A DNA stretch of 42,051 bases from Euryarchaeota archaeon RBG_16_67_27. GTDB lineage: Archaea; Thermoplasmatota; Thermoplasmata; RBG-16-68-12. Under the pieces are notes generated by a model. It did no database searches and was not told the origin of the DNA. It saw only the letters and a list, made by a program, of their open reading frames with translations. Positions 33,584-42,051 of this stretch are shown piece after piece; position 1 is the stretch's first letter, and each line of letters begins with the position of its first letter. A program made the position numbers and the translations under genes. Location: NCBI GenBank assembly GCA_001800745.1, contig MGVZ01000047.1, positions 930 to 42,980 on the forward strand, in the 5' to 3' direction.

Positions 33584-36060
33584 TGGCGAAGGAATACCGC
33601 ACGATCACGGAGGTCGCTGGGCCGCTGATCTTCGTCGAGAGGACGGAGCCCGTCGGGTACAACGAGCTCGTCGAGATCATGCTCCCGGACGGAGCACGGA
33701 GGCGGGGCCAGGTCCTCGACTCCTCGACGGACGTCGTCGTCGTCCAGGTCTTCGAGGGGACCGCGGGGATCGACCGTCAGGCGAGCGTGAAGTTCCTCGG
33801 GGAGACGATCAAGCTCTCCGTGTCGCGGGACATGCTCGGTCGCGTCCTCACGGGCTCGGGCGAGCCCGCGGACGGCGGCCCGCCGATCGTCCCGGAGATG
33901 CGTCGCGAGATCACGGGCGCAGCGATCAACCCGTACTCCCGCGAGCACCCCGCGGAGTTCATCCAGACCGGGATCTCGACAATCGACGGGCTCAACACGC
34001 TCGTCCGCGGGCAGAAGCTCCCGCTCTTCTCCGGTGCGGGGCTGCCCCACAACGATGTCGCGCTCCAGATCGCGCGGCAGGCGAAGGTCCTCGGTTCGAA
34101 GGAGCCGTTCGGCGTCGTCTTCGCGGCGATGGGGATCACCCACGAGGAGGCCCGCGTGTTCATGAACGACTTCGAGCGCACGGGCGCCCTCAAGCGCGCG
34201 GTCCTGTTCCAGAACCTGGCAGACGACCCCGCGGTCGAGCGACTCATCACGCCTCGGATGGCGTTGACCGCCGCGGAGTTCCTCGCGTACGAGGTCGGCA
34301 TGCACGTCCTCGTCATCCTGACGGACATGACGAACTACGCGGAGGCACTGCGGCAGATTGGCGCGGCGCGGGAGGAGGTGCCGGGTCGGCGCGGCTATCC
34401 GGGGTACATGTACAGCGTGGATGCAAGTCGAAACGTTGTTGTTCGAGATCCCAGAGGTTGGCTTCGTGTCGTTCCCATCGGCGAGTTGTTCCGAGAAATC
34501 TCTGCCACGGCTCCCGTGCGCAATTGGGGCGGCTTCGAGGAGCGGATTGATGTCGCAGGATGGAGTGCACTCAGTGTCACGAGAGGGGGCAAGAGCGTCT
34601 TCCGCCCCATCAGACAGATCGTCCGGCATCGCTACGGTGGCAAGCTAGTCAGGCTTCGGACCCGCCACGGTGAAACGATCGTGACACCGAACCACTCGGT
34701 CTTCACGATTCGCCGAGGAAGGATCGAACCGATCCAGGCAGCAGACATGGTTCCTGGGGCGTTCCTCGCGCATGTCAACCGGGTGCCCGAGGTCGAGACA
34801 GCGCACCTAGATCCGAGGCTGTCAGCGCTCCTCGGCTACTACGTTTCCGAAGGACACGCAACCCGTTACTCAGGGGGAAAAAGACTCTGGTGGAACCACT
34901 ACATCCGAATTGACAATAACGACCCGGCAATCATCGGCAGAATCGAGCAGGCATATCGGACCGTGTTCGGGGCGAAGCCTTCGATGTTCGTGTCCGACAA
35001 GAGGTCGGGCACGATCCGCACTTCTATCGGTGGGAGGCGGTATTACGACATGTTTGTCAAAGAAATGGGATGTGGAACGCGCTCGGCGACCAAACGAATC
35101 CCGAGCCAAGTCCTGTCCGCGCAGCCTGCAGCGAAGCAGGCGTTTCTCAAGGCATACTACGAGGGAGATGGAAAGGCGACAGACCCGCGATACAGGATTA
35201 CACAGTATGACATGGTTACAGTCAGCCCGGGTCTGCGCGATGACCTGACGATCCTTGCCAAGCAGATGATGCCGGAGCGTGTGCCGTCCATCTACAAATG
35301 GAAGGGAAGGAACGCATGGAAGGTGTACCTCTCGACCTACATCCGAGCTCCCTCGGTCGCGTTGAGCGACTCTTTTGCGGCGGAGGTGGCGAAAGTGGAG
35401 ATGGTTGATTCGACGGAGGAGTTCGTCTACGACCTCTGTGTTGAGGGGACAAACAACTTTGTGGACGCCTGTGGTGGCGTAATCCTTCACAATACTGATC
35501 TCGCGACGCTCTACGAGCGCGCGGGCCGCATCCACGGCAGGCCCGGGTCCATCACTCAGATCCCGATCATGTCGATCCCGGACGATGACTGGACGCATCC
35601 GATCGCGGACCTGACCGGCTACATCACGGAGGGGCAGATCGCGGTGAACCGGGACCTCCACCGGAAGGGGATCTACCCGCCCGTCGACCCGCTCCCGTCC
35701 CTGTCGAGACTCATGGACGCGGGGATCGGGAAGGGGCGCACGCGGGAGGACCACAAGCAGGTCTCCGACCAGCTCTACGCCGCGTACGCGGAGGGCAAGG
35801 ACGCCCGCGGGCTCGTCTCGATCGTCGGGAAGGAGGCGCTGTCCGAGAGGGACCGGAAGATGCTCGACTTCGCGGACCGCTTCGAGCAGGAGTTCATCCG
35901 GCAGGGGCCCGAGGAGGACCGGACGATCGAGGAGACCCTCGAGATTGGCTGGAAGCTCCTCGCGACCGTCGACGTCGCCTGGCTCACGAAGATCGACCGG
36001 AAGACCCTCGACGCGTACCACCCCGCGAACCGGGGGAAGGCGGTACAGGTGAGCGCATAG
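33580..36060 (+). CDS. atpB: A-type ATP synthase subunit B, intein-containing
   Basis: [48 protein letters not shown]|[21 protein letters not shown]. Start ATG at 33580 or 33583. Confidence 0.97.
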   Translation: MMAKEYRTITEVAGPLIFVERTEPVGYNELVEIMLPDGARRRGQVLDSSTDVVVVQVFEGTAGIDRQASVKFLGETIKLSVSRDMLGRVLTGSGEPADGGPPIVPEMRREITGAAINPYSREHPAEFIQTGISTIDGLNTLVRGQKLPLFSGAGLPHNDVALQIARQAKVLGSKEPFGVVFAAMGITHEEARVFMNDFERTGALKRAVLFQNLADDPAVERLITPRMALTAAEFLAYEVGMHVLVILTDMTNYAEALRQIGAAREEVPGRRGYPGYMYSVDASRNVVVRDPRGWLRVVPIGELFREISATAPVRNWGGFEERIDVAGWSALSVTRGGKSVFRPIRQIVRHRYGGKLVRLRTRHGETIVTPNHSVFTIRRGRIEPIQAADMVPGAFLAHVNRVPEVETAHLDPRLSALLGYYVSEGHATRYSGGKRLWWNHYIRIDNNDPAIIGRIEQAYRTVFGAKPSMFVSDKRSGTIRTSIGGRRYYDMFVKEMGCGTRSATKRIPSQVLSAQPAAKQAFLKAYYEGDGKATDPRYRITQYDMVTVSPGLRDDLTILAKQMMPERVPSIYKWKGRNAWKVYLSTYIRAPSVALSDSFAAEVAKVEMVDSTEEFVYDLCVEGTNNFVDACGGVILHNTDLATLYERAGRIHGRPGSITQIPIMSIPDDDWTHPIADLTGYITEGQIAVNRDLHRKGIYPPVDPLPSLSRLMDAGIGKGRTREDHKQVSDQLYAAYAEGKDARGLVSIVGKEALSERDRKMLDFADRFEQEFIRQGPEEDRTIEETLEIGWKLLATVDVAWLTKIDRKTLDAYHPANRGKAVQVSA
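34414..35493 (+). mobile_element. Intein (360 aa) with LAGLIDADG-type homing endonuclease in AtpB
   Basis: Begins SVDAS after GYPGYMY. Block B VTPNHS, endonuclease motifs LLGYYVSEG and [10 protein letters not shown], block F VYDLCV...NNFV. Ends LHN before Thr. Visibly lower GC. Confidence 0.95.
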
Positions 36061-36061
36061 G

Positions 36062-36682
36062 ATGGTCCTCGCCCAGTACAAGCCGACACGGTCGCATCTC
36101 CTCCAGCTCCGGCGCACGCGGCGCATGGCGGAACGCGGCCATCGGCTGCTGAAGCTGAAGCGGGACGCCCTGATCGTCGAGTTCTTCCGCGTCCTCGAGC
36201 GCGCGAAGACCCTCCGCTCGAACCTCGCGGACAAGTACCGGGTCGCGGAGCAACGGATCGCGATCGCCCGCGCGATCGAGGGGTCGATCGGGGTGAAGTC
36301 CGCCGCGTTCGCCTCTCGGGAGACGCCGACCCTCGAGCTCCGCACGAAGAACGTCATGGGCATCATCGTCCCGAAAATCGACGCGAAGAGCGTGACGAAG
36401 AAACTCGAGCAGCGCGGGTACGGCGTCGTGACGACGTCCGCAAGGATTGACGAGGCCGCGGAGGCGTACGAGGCGCTCGTCGAAGACGTCATCGTCGCCG
36501 CGGAGATCGAGACGACGATGCGCCGGCTCATCGAGGAGATCGAGAAGGTCAAGCGACGGGTGAACGCGCTCGAGTACCGCGTGATCCCGGAGCTCAAAGC
36601 GACGGAGACGTTCATCCGCCAGCGCCTCGAGGAGCTCGAGCGGGATAACTTCATGCGCCTGAAGCGGTTCAAGGCGATGTGA
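36062..36682 (+). CDS. atpD: A-type ATP synthase subunit D
   Basis: KPTR, RGHRLLKLKRDAL, NVMGIIVP, KRRVNALEYRVIP, LEELERDNFMRLK. Confidence 0.96.
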   Translation: MVLAQYKPTRSHLLQLRRTRRMAERGHRLLKLKRDALIVEFFRVLERAKTLRSNLADKYRVAEQRIAIARAIEGSIGVKSAAFASRETPTLELRTKNVMGIIVPKIDAKSVTKKLEQRGYGVVTTSARIDEAAEAYEALVEDVIVAAEIETTMRRLIEEIEKVKRRVNALEYRVIPELKATETFIRQRLEELERDNFMRLKRFKAM

Positions 36683-36813
36683 TCGACCGCCTCGCACGGG
36701 CGTGGGAGGACCCCGCGTCACGCACGCGCCTGCTGAGGTGGCTTTGGATCGTGTCGACCGGTTTCACCCTCCTCGGGTTCGGGATCATCCTGTACCTGGT
36801 CGTCCTCGCCTGA
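36679..36813 (+). CDS. 44-aa single-TM protein coupled to atpD (not in the supplied ORF track)
   Basis: GTGA overlap with the atpD stop. Translates to MIDRLARAWEDPASRTRLLRWLWIVSTGFTLLGFGIILYLVVLA with host-like codons, filling the gap exactly. Confidence 0.7.
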   Translation: MIDRLARAWEDPASRTRLLRWLWIVSTGFTLLGFGIILYLVVLA

Positions 36814-36817
36814 GGGA

Positions 36818-39427
36818 TCAGGAGGCGCGGTTCCGCATCCGGCGGTACTTCGTGTGGGCGACGAAGCGGTCGGTGAGCTCCTTCAGCCCGGCGAGGTCCT
36901 CGGGGGATCCGGTCCAGGTCGCCAGGGCGGCGCCGTGCGCCGACTCCAGGTCCGTGAGGAACGCCCGAAGGCCCTTCGCGGACCATCGGGGCACGCGGCC
37001 CCGGTACATCGCGGCGACGAAGACGTCCTTTCCCCGTTCCACGAGCACGGTCTTCCCTGCGAAGTCGAAGCGACGGAGGTGCCCGTCCTCCTCCTTCGAG
37101 ATGTCGCGGACGAACGCGGAGATCGCGGTGAGCATCGCGGCGAGGATGTCCTCATCCCGGTCCGCGCGCATCCGGCGGGTGTTGTGGAGGATGAGCCGGC
37201 CGTCCCGCGCGACCAGGAAGACGTCCTCGACGGAGAAAAGGCGGCGGCCCGCGTACCTGTAGGCGAGGTATCCGGTGCCGACGAGCACGGCCATCGCGAT
37301 CACGAGCGGGTTCACGATCAATCGGGCGACATCGAACGGGACCGCGGTCACGGTCACCCGCAGCCGTTCGGACAGGAACGGCGTCGACGCGGTCACGTTC
37401 CACACCCCGGGTTCTCCCGCGACGAAATACCCCGTCACGTTCACGTGCCCGCCGGGATTGTCCGTCGCCCAGTAGACGACCCACGCGGGCGACGTGTGGT
37501 TCCCCGCGTCGAGGACGGTCGCGTGGAACTGGATCGCGCCTCCGACGGGAGCGCGGAGGTCCCCGTCCGCCCAAACGCGGAGCCGGATCGGGGTCCCGAG
37601 GTAGTCGTACACGACACGGACCTCATCGATCGCAGGGGCTTCGAGCGGGTCCGACGTCGACAGCGTCGCACGGAGGCGCACGGTCCTCCCCTGGACCGCG
37701 GAGAGGTTCCCGCCCGGCGTCGCCATGCGCCAGCCGGTCGCATCCTCGATCTCGTACGCGACCCCGGTGCCCTCGGGCGTCGACGCGACGGCCTCGAACC
37801 GGCGCCAGAAGAGGAAATCGGCGTCCGCGGAGACCGTCGACGTCAGGATGGCGCCGCGGTCCGGATGGCGTTCGGCTTCGATGCGGAAGGTCGTGAGGAG
37901 CGGGGTCACGCTCGCGTTCGTCGTGTTCAGGTCCGCCCGGACGCGCACGAAGCGGGCGGAGTCGGCGACCACCAGCGGACCGGGGGTCGTGCCCACCGCG
38001 AGGACCCACCCGTCATCGGGGACGGGAGTCGATCCCATCCGGACCTCCAGGCGGGCGGACGTGCCCGGGGGCAGGCTCGCCTCCCATGCGACGGAGGCGA
38101 GCGAGACGAGGGAGCCGAGGTCGATCGTCGAGGACACGAAGGAGCCGTTCCGCCGGTCCGGGATCTCGAGCGACACGTTGTCGAGGAGGGCCGTGACGTT
38201 CACCGCGGAAGGCGTCGCCACGGCCACGTGAAGATCGAAGAAGACGGAATAGGTCCCCGGGGCGGCAACGAACGCGCCGACCTCTCGCTCGAAGCGCGTC
38301 CCCGACGAAGGGGCGGATGGAAGGGCCCACGCCATCCACGCGCCGCCGTCGCTCAGGGTCGCGCTCAGCTCGACCGCGTCCGCACCGGACGCGTTCAGCA
38401 CGCGATAATCGAAGCCGAGGGTCGCGCCGCCGGGGGCCGCCGTCGTCCACTTTGTCTTTCCGAACACCTGCGAGAGACGCGCGGTCTCGTCGACCCGCTT
38501 CGCGTTCGCGAGCCGCAGGTCGTCGACGTAGAAGGTGAGGACGTCCTCCGGGGTGTTCCGACCCGTGAAGAGGAGGGTCACCTGGGTGAGCGCGGTCCGG
38601 GCGGGGCCAAGCTCGTCGAGATCGACGAGGACTCGCTGCCACTCCGGGCGGAGAGGGATCGGCGTGGTCGCCACGAACGCGGGGCCCGCGAACGCGGTGA
38701 CATTGAACGACACCTCGAGGTCAGGAGCCGCGGGGGAGCGGATCCACACGAGCAGGGTGTCGAAGCCGGACCAGTCCACGGGGCTCGCCGTCGGCTTCCG
38801 CTCCGGGCCGATCGAGAACGCCGGCGAGGATCCGAGCCGGATCTCCGCCTGCATCATCCCCGTGCCCTCGATCGGCTGCCAGGAGTAGTTGCTCACGACG
38901 ACGGACAGGTCGACTTCGGAGACCCCGCGCCACGTCGAGACCGCGTCATCGAGGGCATCGAAGGGACTCGTAGGGACCTCGGGCGAATCGTGCGCGAGCC
39001 GCGCCACGCGATCCGTCGGGTTCCACGAGGCCGTCACCGCGCCCGCGGTCCCGTTCTCGTACGTCCATGGCGCCGGGACGTCGAATCCGCCCGACTCGAC
39101 GTACGCGCGTTCGTCCGCCGCGAGCACGAGCCCCTCCTCGACGGCCTCGACGGTCGCGTCGGCGGAGCCGTTCGTGAGGAAATCCGGCCCGCGCGCCCAC
39201 GCGAACCCCGCGGCCGCCCAGGGCAGCGTCGCCATGCCGTCGTTAAGGGTCGCGTTCTCGAGAAACAGGTCGTCCGGCGCGTCGAAGGACCAGACGAGCG
39301 TCCGGGTCGCGGAGGGTCCCGGGACGACGACGGGAGCCGCCGAGGTGGAGCCTCCCAGGATCCCGCCCGCGCCGAGAACGAGGAGGACCACGAGGGCGAG
39401 GCTCTGCATCCGGGTCCTCGGGTTCAT
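36818..39427 (-). CDS. Large secreted single-pass membrane protein with cytoplasmic roadblock/longin-like domain
   Basis: Signal peptide (ALVVLLVLGAGG), about 680 aa of beta-rich Thr/Val/Trp extracellular region, a TM helix (PLVIAMAVLVGTGYLAY), then VEDVFLVARDGRLI...DEDILAAMLTAISAFVRD...LRRFDFAGKTVLVERGKDVFVAAMY. ATG at 39427 after GGAG. Confidence 0.75.
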   Translation of the reverse strand: MNPRTRMQSLALVVLLVLGAGGILGGSTSAAPVVVPGPSATRTLVWSFDAPDDLFLENATLNDGMATLPWAAAGFAWARGPDFLTNGSADATVEAVEEGLVLAADERAYVESGGFDVPAPWTYENGTAGAVTASWNPTDRVARLAHDSPEVPTSPFDALDDAVSTWRGVSEVDLSVVVSNYSWQPIEGTGMMQAEIRLGSSPAFSIGPERKPTASPVDWSGFDTLLVWIRSPAAPDLEVSFNVTAFAGPAFVATTPIPLRPEWQRVLVDLDELGPARTALTQVTLLFTGRNTPEDVLTFYVDDLRLANAKRVDETARLSQVFGKTKWTTAAPGGATLGFDYRVLNASGADAVELSATLSDGGAWMAWALPSAPSSGTRFEREVGAFVAAPGTYSVFFDLHVAVATPSAVNVTALLDNVSLEIPDRRNGSFVSSTIDLGSLVSLASVAWEASLPPGTSARLEVRMGSTPVPDDGWVLAVGTTPGPLVVADSARFVRVRADLNTTNASVTPLLTTFRIEAERHPDRGAILTSTVSADADFLFWRRFEAVASTPEGTGVAYEIEDATGWRMATPGGNLSAVQGRTVRLRATLSTSDPLEAPAIDEVRVVYDYLGTPIRLRVWADGDLRAPVGGAIQFHATVLDAGNHTSPAWVVYWATDNPGGHVNVTGYFVAGEPGVWNVTASTPFLSERLRVTVTAVPFDVARLIVNPLVIAMAVLVGTGYLAYRYAGRRLFSVEDVFLVARDGRLILHNTRRMRADRDEDILAAMLTAISAFVRDISKEEDGHLRRFDFAGKTVLVERGKDVFVAAMYRGRVPRWSAKGLRAFLTDLESAHGAALATWTGSPEDLAGLKELTDRFVAHTKYRRMRNRAS

Positions 39428-39612
39428 GCTCCTGCCTCCCGCGTCCGCGGGCGCGCCGTTCGGATCTCCCCCTGGCTCCCGGCCCGAGACCCCTTCCCCC
39501 ACCCGCCTGCGTTGCAGGCACCGGGTCAGGGAGCGCGTCCATCGGACGGAGCCTACTTAACGATTTCGCGCGCGAGCCCGATGCCCGCGGCCTGTGCACG
39601 GGGAATCCAGGT

Positions 39613-40164
39613 CTACGCGCGCTGGAGCTGGGCCTTCGCGACGACATCCGCGAGCCGCCGGAAGGCCTCCTCGACGCTGCCTCCCGTCTTCGCGCTCGTG
39701 ATCACGTAGCCGCATTCGAACGCCTTCGCGACCTGCTGGACATCGAGCTCCGAGAACTGGGCTTCCGTCGAGAGATCCGTCTTGTTCACGGCGATGAAGA
39801 TCGGGACCTTCCCGACGACCTGCTCGACGCCATCGATCCAGTCGTCCAGGTCGTCGAGCGTCCGGCGGCGGGTGAGGTCGGCAACGGCGAGGATGCCGTT
39901 CGCGCCGTAGAAGTACGCGTCCTTAAGCAGCTCCCGGAACCCTTTCTCGCCCATGATATCCCAGATCGTCATGTCGACGTCCACGACGAGGTCCTTCTCC
40001 GGGTCGAAGACGCGGACCTCCTTCTTCGAGACCTTCGTGCCGATCGTCGTGATGTAGTGGTCGTCGAACATGTTCAGGACGTACCTGCGGATCAGGGACG
40101 TCTTGCCGACGGCTTTCTCGCCGACGAGACAGATCTTCGACTTCAGGTGCTTCGTCGTCGTCAT
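39613..40164 (-). CDS. Rab-like Ras-superfamily small GTPase
   Basis: G1 GEKAVGKTS, G2 YITTIG, G3 WDIMGE, YFYGA, G4 NKTD, G5 TSAKTG. Confidence 0.93.
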   Translation of the reverse strand: MTTTKHLKSKICLVGEKAVGKTSLIRRYVLNMFDDHYITTIGTKVSKKEVRVFDPEKDLVVDVDMTIWDIMGEKGFRELLKDAYFYGANGILAVADLTRRRTLDDLDDWIDGVEQVVGKVPIFIAVNKTDLSTEAQFSELDVQQVAKAFECGYVITSAKTGGSVEEAFRRLADVVAKAQLQRA

Positions 40165-40246
40165 CGCACACGACCGGATGTGGGGGAGGTTCGTTCCATA
40201 TGACGGGGTTACTTAGTCGTTTTGGACCATTTTTCTTGACCGGGAA

Positions 40247-40810
40247 TCACGCAGAGGCTCGGATCCCCTCCTTCGCGAGGATCATCGCGCCGATCCGGCG
40301 GAACGCGGCCTCGACGTTGTCCCCGGTCTTCGCGGACGTGTAGAAGTGGGGCGCGTCGAAGGCCCGCGTCGCCTGACCGATCTCGCGCTCGCCGTAGAGG
40401 ATCTGGACCTGGTCCTTCAGGTCGATCTTGTTGATCGCGTAGACCACGGGGACCTGGCCGACGACGTTGAACACGCTCTGGACCCAGTCGTCGAGCTCCT
40501 TGAGCGTGGAGTACCGCGTGAGGTCGGCCACGGCGAGGACGCCCTTCGCGCCGTGGAAGAACGCCTCCTTCAGGAGGTCCCGGAACCCTTTCTCGCCCAT
40601 GATGTCCCAGACGGTCATGTCCATCCGGACGGAGGTCGACGGCTCGGGGACGTCGTAGAGCTGCTCGCGCTTCGACACCTTCGCGCCGAGGGTCGTGATG
40701 TAGCGGTCGTCGAACTCGTCGAGCACGTAGCGCCGCACGAGGCTCGTCTTCCCGACGGCGGCCTCCCCAACGAGGCAGACCTTCGTCTTCATCCGCACGA
40801 CGTCGGACAT
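40247..40810 (-). CDS. Rab-like Ras-superfamily small GTPase (paralog)
   Basis: G1 GEAAVGKTS, G2 YITTLG, G3 WDIMGE, FFHGA, G4 NKID, G5 TSAKTG. ATG at 40810. Confidence 0.93.
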   Translation of the reverse strand: MSDVVRMKTKVCLVGEAAVGKTSLVRRYVLDEFDDRYITTLGAKVSKREQLYDVPEPSTSVRMDMTVWDIMGEKGFRDLLKEAFFHGAKGVLAVADLTRYSTLKELDDWVQSVFNVVGQVPVVYAINKIDLKDQVQILYGEREIGQATRAFDAPHFYTSAKTGDNVEAAFRRIGAMILAKEGIRASA

Positions 40811-40839
40811 CGGGGCCGGCGTCCGATTCGCCCCGGGAT

Positions 40840-40847
40840 TACTTAAA
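40840..40847 (-). promoter_or_regulatory. Putative TATA box for the first GTPase
   Basis: TTTAAGTA on the minus strand about 30 nt upstream of the ATG at 40810. Confidence 0.55.
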
Positions 40848-40908
40848 GGTACTGCGGTGAATCGCAATCCACGCGAACCTTTTTCCGACCGCTACCGATG
40901 CGGACGTG

Positions 40909-41562
40909 ATGCGCGCGGAGCGCGGCCTCGTCCTCGCCCTCGACACGACGGACCTCGCACGGACGCGCTTCGTCGCGGGCGCCGTGCGCGGGGAGGTCGA
41001 CGCGATCAAGGTCGGCTGGCCCCTCGTCCTCGCCTCAGGGATCGACATTGTCGAAGAGCTCGCGCGGTCGAGCTACGTGCTGTGCGACTTCAAGGTCGCG
41101 GACATCCCGAACACGAACCGGCTGATCGTCGAGCAGGCGGTCGCCCGCGGTGCGTCGGGCGTGATCGCCCACGGGTTCCCCGGGGAGGACTCCGTTCGGG
41201 CGTGCGTGGAGGCCGCGAGAACCGCGGACGTGTTCGTCGTCGCGGAGATGAGCCACCCCGGGGGCGAGGAGTTCACGTCGCGGCACGCGGAGGAGATCGC
41301 GCGGCTCGCCGTCCGCGCGGGGGCCGCGGGGATCATCGCGCCGGCGACGCGGCCAGAGAGGATCGCGGCCCTCCGGGGCATTCTAGGCTCCCGCCTCATC
41401 CTGTCCCCGGGCGTCGGGGCGCAGGGGGGCACGGCGACGGACGCGATCCACATGGGCGCGGACGCGGTGATCGTCGGCCGGTCGATCTACGAGGCGGCAG
41501 ACCCCGCGAAGGCCGCGGCCGCCCTCGCGTCCGAGGTCGCTCGCGCGCGGCGCGGGAGATAG
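40909..41562 (+). CDS. pyrF: Orotidine-5'-phosphate decarboxylase
   Basis: LALD, IKVG, DFKVADIPNT, EMSHPG, PATRPE, SPGVGAQGG, IVGRSIY. Confidence 0.97.
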   Translation: MRAERGLVLALDTTDLARTRFVAGAVRGEVDAIKVGWPLVLASGIDIVEELARSSYVLCDFKVADIPNTNRLIVEQAVARGASGVIAHGFPGEDSVRACVEAARTADVFVVAEMSHPGGEEFTSRHAEEIARLAVRAGAAGIIAPATRPERIAALRGILGSRLILSPGVGAQGGTATDAIHMGADAVIVGRSIYEAADPAKAAAALASEVARARRGR

Positions 41563-41588
41563 ACGCGAAGCTTATCCGGGGAGAGCCC

Positions 41589-42051
41589 ATGCGCGCCCCC
41601 ACGGAGCCGATTCGCGTCGACGACCGGGAGCGCGTGCGGTCGTTCCTCGAGACAGACCGCGAGGCGAACGCGGTCGTGTGGAACCGGGTGTACGAGCACC
41701 CGGGCTACCGGGAGCTCTGGATCGACGACCCGTCGCCCAAGGCGCTCCTCGCGATGGACCGCGCGACCTCGACGGACGGAACGACGGGGTTCGTCCTCCA
41801 CGCGATCGACGTGAGCGCCGCGAGGGAGCTCATGCCCCTCCTCCCCGCGGGGGACGTGCACTTCCATCTCACGGAGGAATGGCAGCTCGGCGCGGTGGAG
41901 GAGCGCGCCTCGGAAATCCACGCGCGACCCGCCTGGCTCTTCCGGCTGGACCCGAAGCGTTTCGTCGACCTCCAGACCCACGAGGTCCATCCGGTCCCGG
42001 AGGACCGGGCGCCGATGATCGCGGAGCTCTGGGAGCCGGACTCGCCCGCGG
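41589..42051 (+). CDS. Truncated ORF, possibly the N-terminal part of a GNAT/FR47-like acetyltransferase
   Basis: Open frame from ATG 41589 to the window end (MRAPTEPIRVDDRERVRSFLETDREANAVVW...). The family guess rests on general architecture only, as any acetyl-CoA motif would lie outside the window. Confidence 0.45.
   Translation, partial: MRAPTEPIRVDDRERVRSFLETDREANAVVWNRVYEHPGYRELWIDDPSPKALLAMDRATSTDGTTGFVLHAIDVSAARELMPLLPAGDVHFHLTEEWQLGAVEERASEIHARPAWLFRLDPKRFVDLQTHEVHPVPEDRAPMIAELWEPDSPA

Noticed and set aside
36854-39709. 951-aa plus-strand ORF
   Set aside because: Shadow of the minus-strand surface protein, which has a coherent signal peptide and TM architecture.
39613-40810. GTPases as Roco (Roc-COR) proteins or eukaryotic contamination
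   Set aside because: No COR or LRR domains and no prenylation motif. Codon usage and promoters match the archaeal neighbours such as pyrF.
1-42051. CRISPR arrays, tRNA/rRNA genes, IS elements, prophage genes
   Set aside because: I saw no regularly spaced repeats, RNA gene signatures, transposases or integrases, and intergenic gaps are short. This was judged by eye, not by covariance search.

Overview
A GC-rich (about 70% by eye) archaeal chromosomal segment, most likely Thermoplasmatota. The assignment is an inference from the A1Ao ATP synthase, split NuoJ, TATA-type promoters and overall gene content. About 33 kb form an energy-conservation supercluster with five parts. (1) A headless complex I operon (nuoA-C-D-H-J1-J2-K-L-M-M-N) with two NuoM subunits, a 26-aa tandem duplication in the NuoL lateral helix, and no nuoB or nuoI. 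(2) tatC and tatA. (3) A pair of GlcD/GlcE-like FAD proteins. (4) An unusual Rieske/cytochrome b6-type operon: subunit IV is fused to an HdrC-like 2x[4Fe-4S] domain, followed by a CCG-domain (HdrD/GlcF-like) protein and a ferredoxin, with a membrane-anchored cupredoxin where cytochrome c1/f would be expected. (5) A complete atpHIKECFABD operon with inteins in both the A and B subunits. To the left lie malic enzyme, a Nal1-like serine protease preceded by a free copy of its own N-terminal domain, and dinB. To the right, two Rab-like small GTPases sit upstream of a large single-pass surface protein with a cytoplasmic roadblock/longin-like tail, followed by pyrF. The two strongest candidates for undescribed systems are the Rieske/cyt b-heterodisulfide-reductase hybrid and the GTPase pair plus membrane longin/roadblock protein. 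I saw no rRNA, tRNA, CRISPR array or transposase. All family assignments come from motif reading without database searches.
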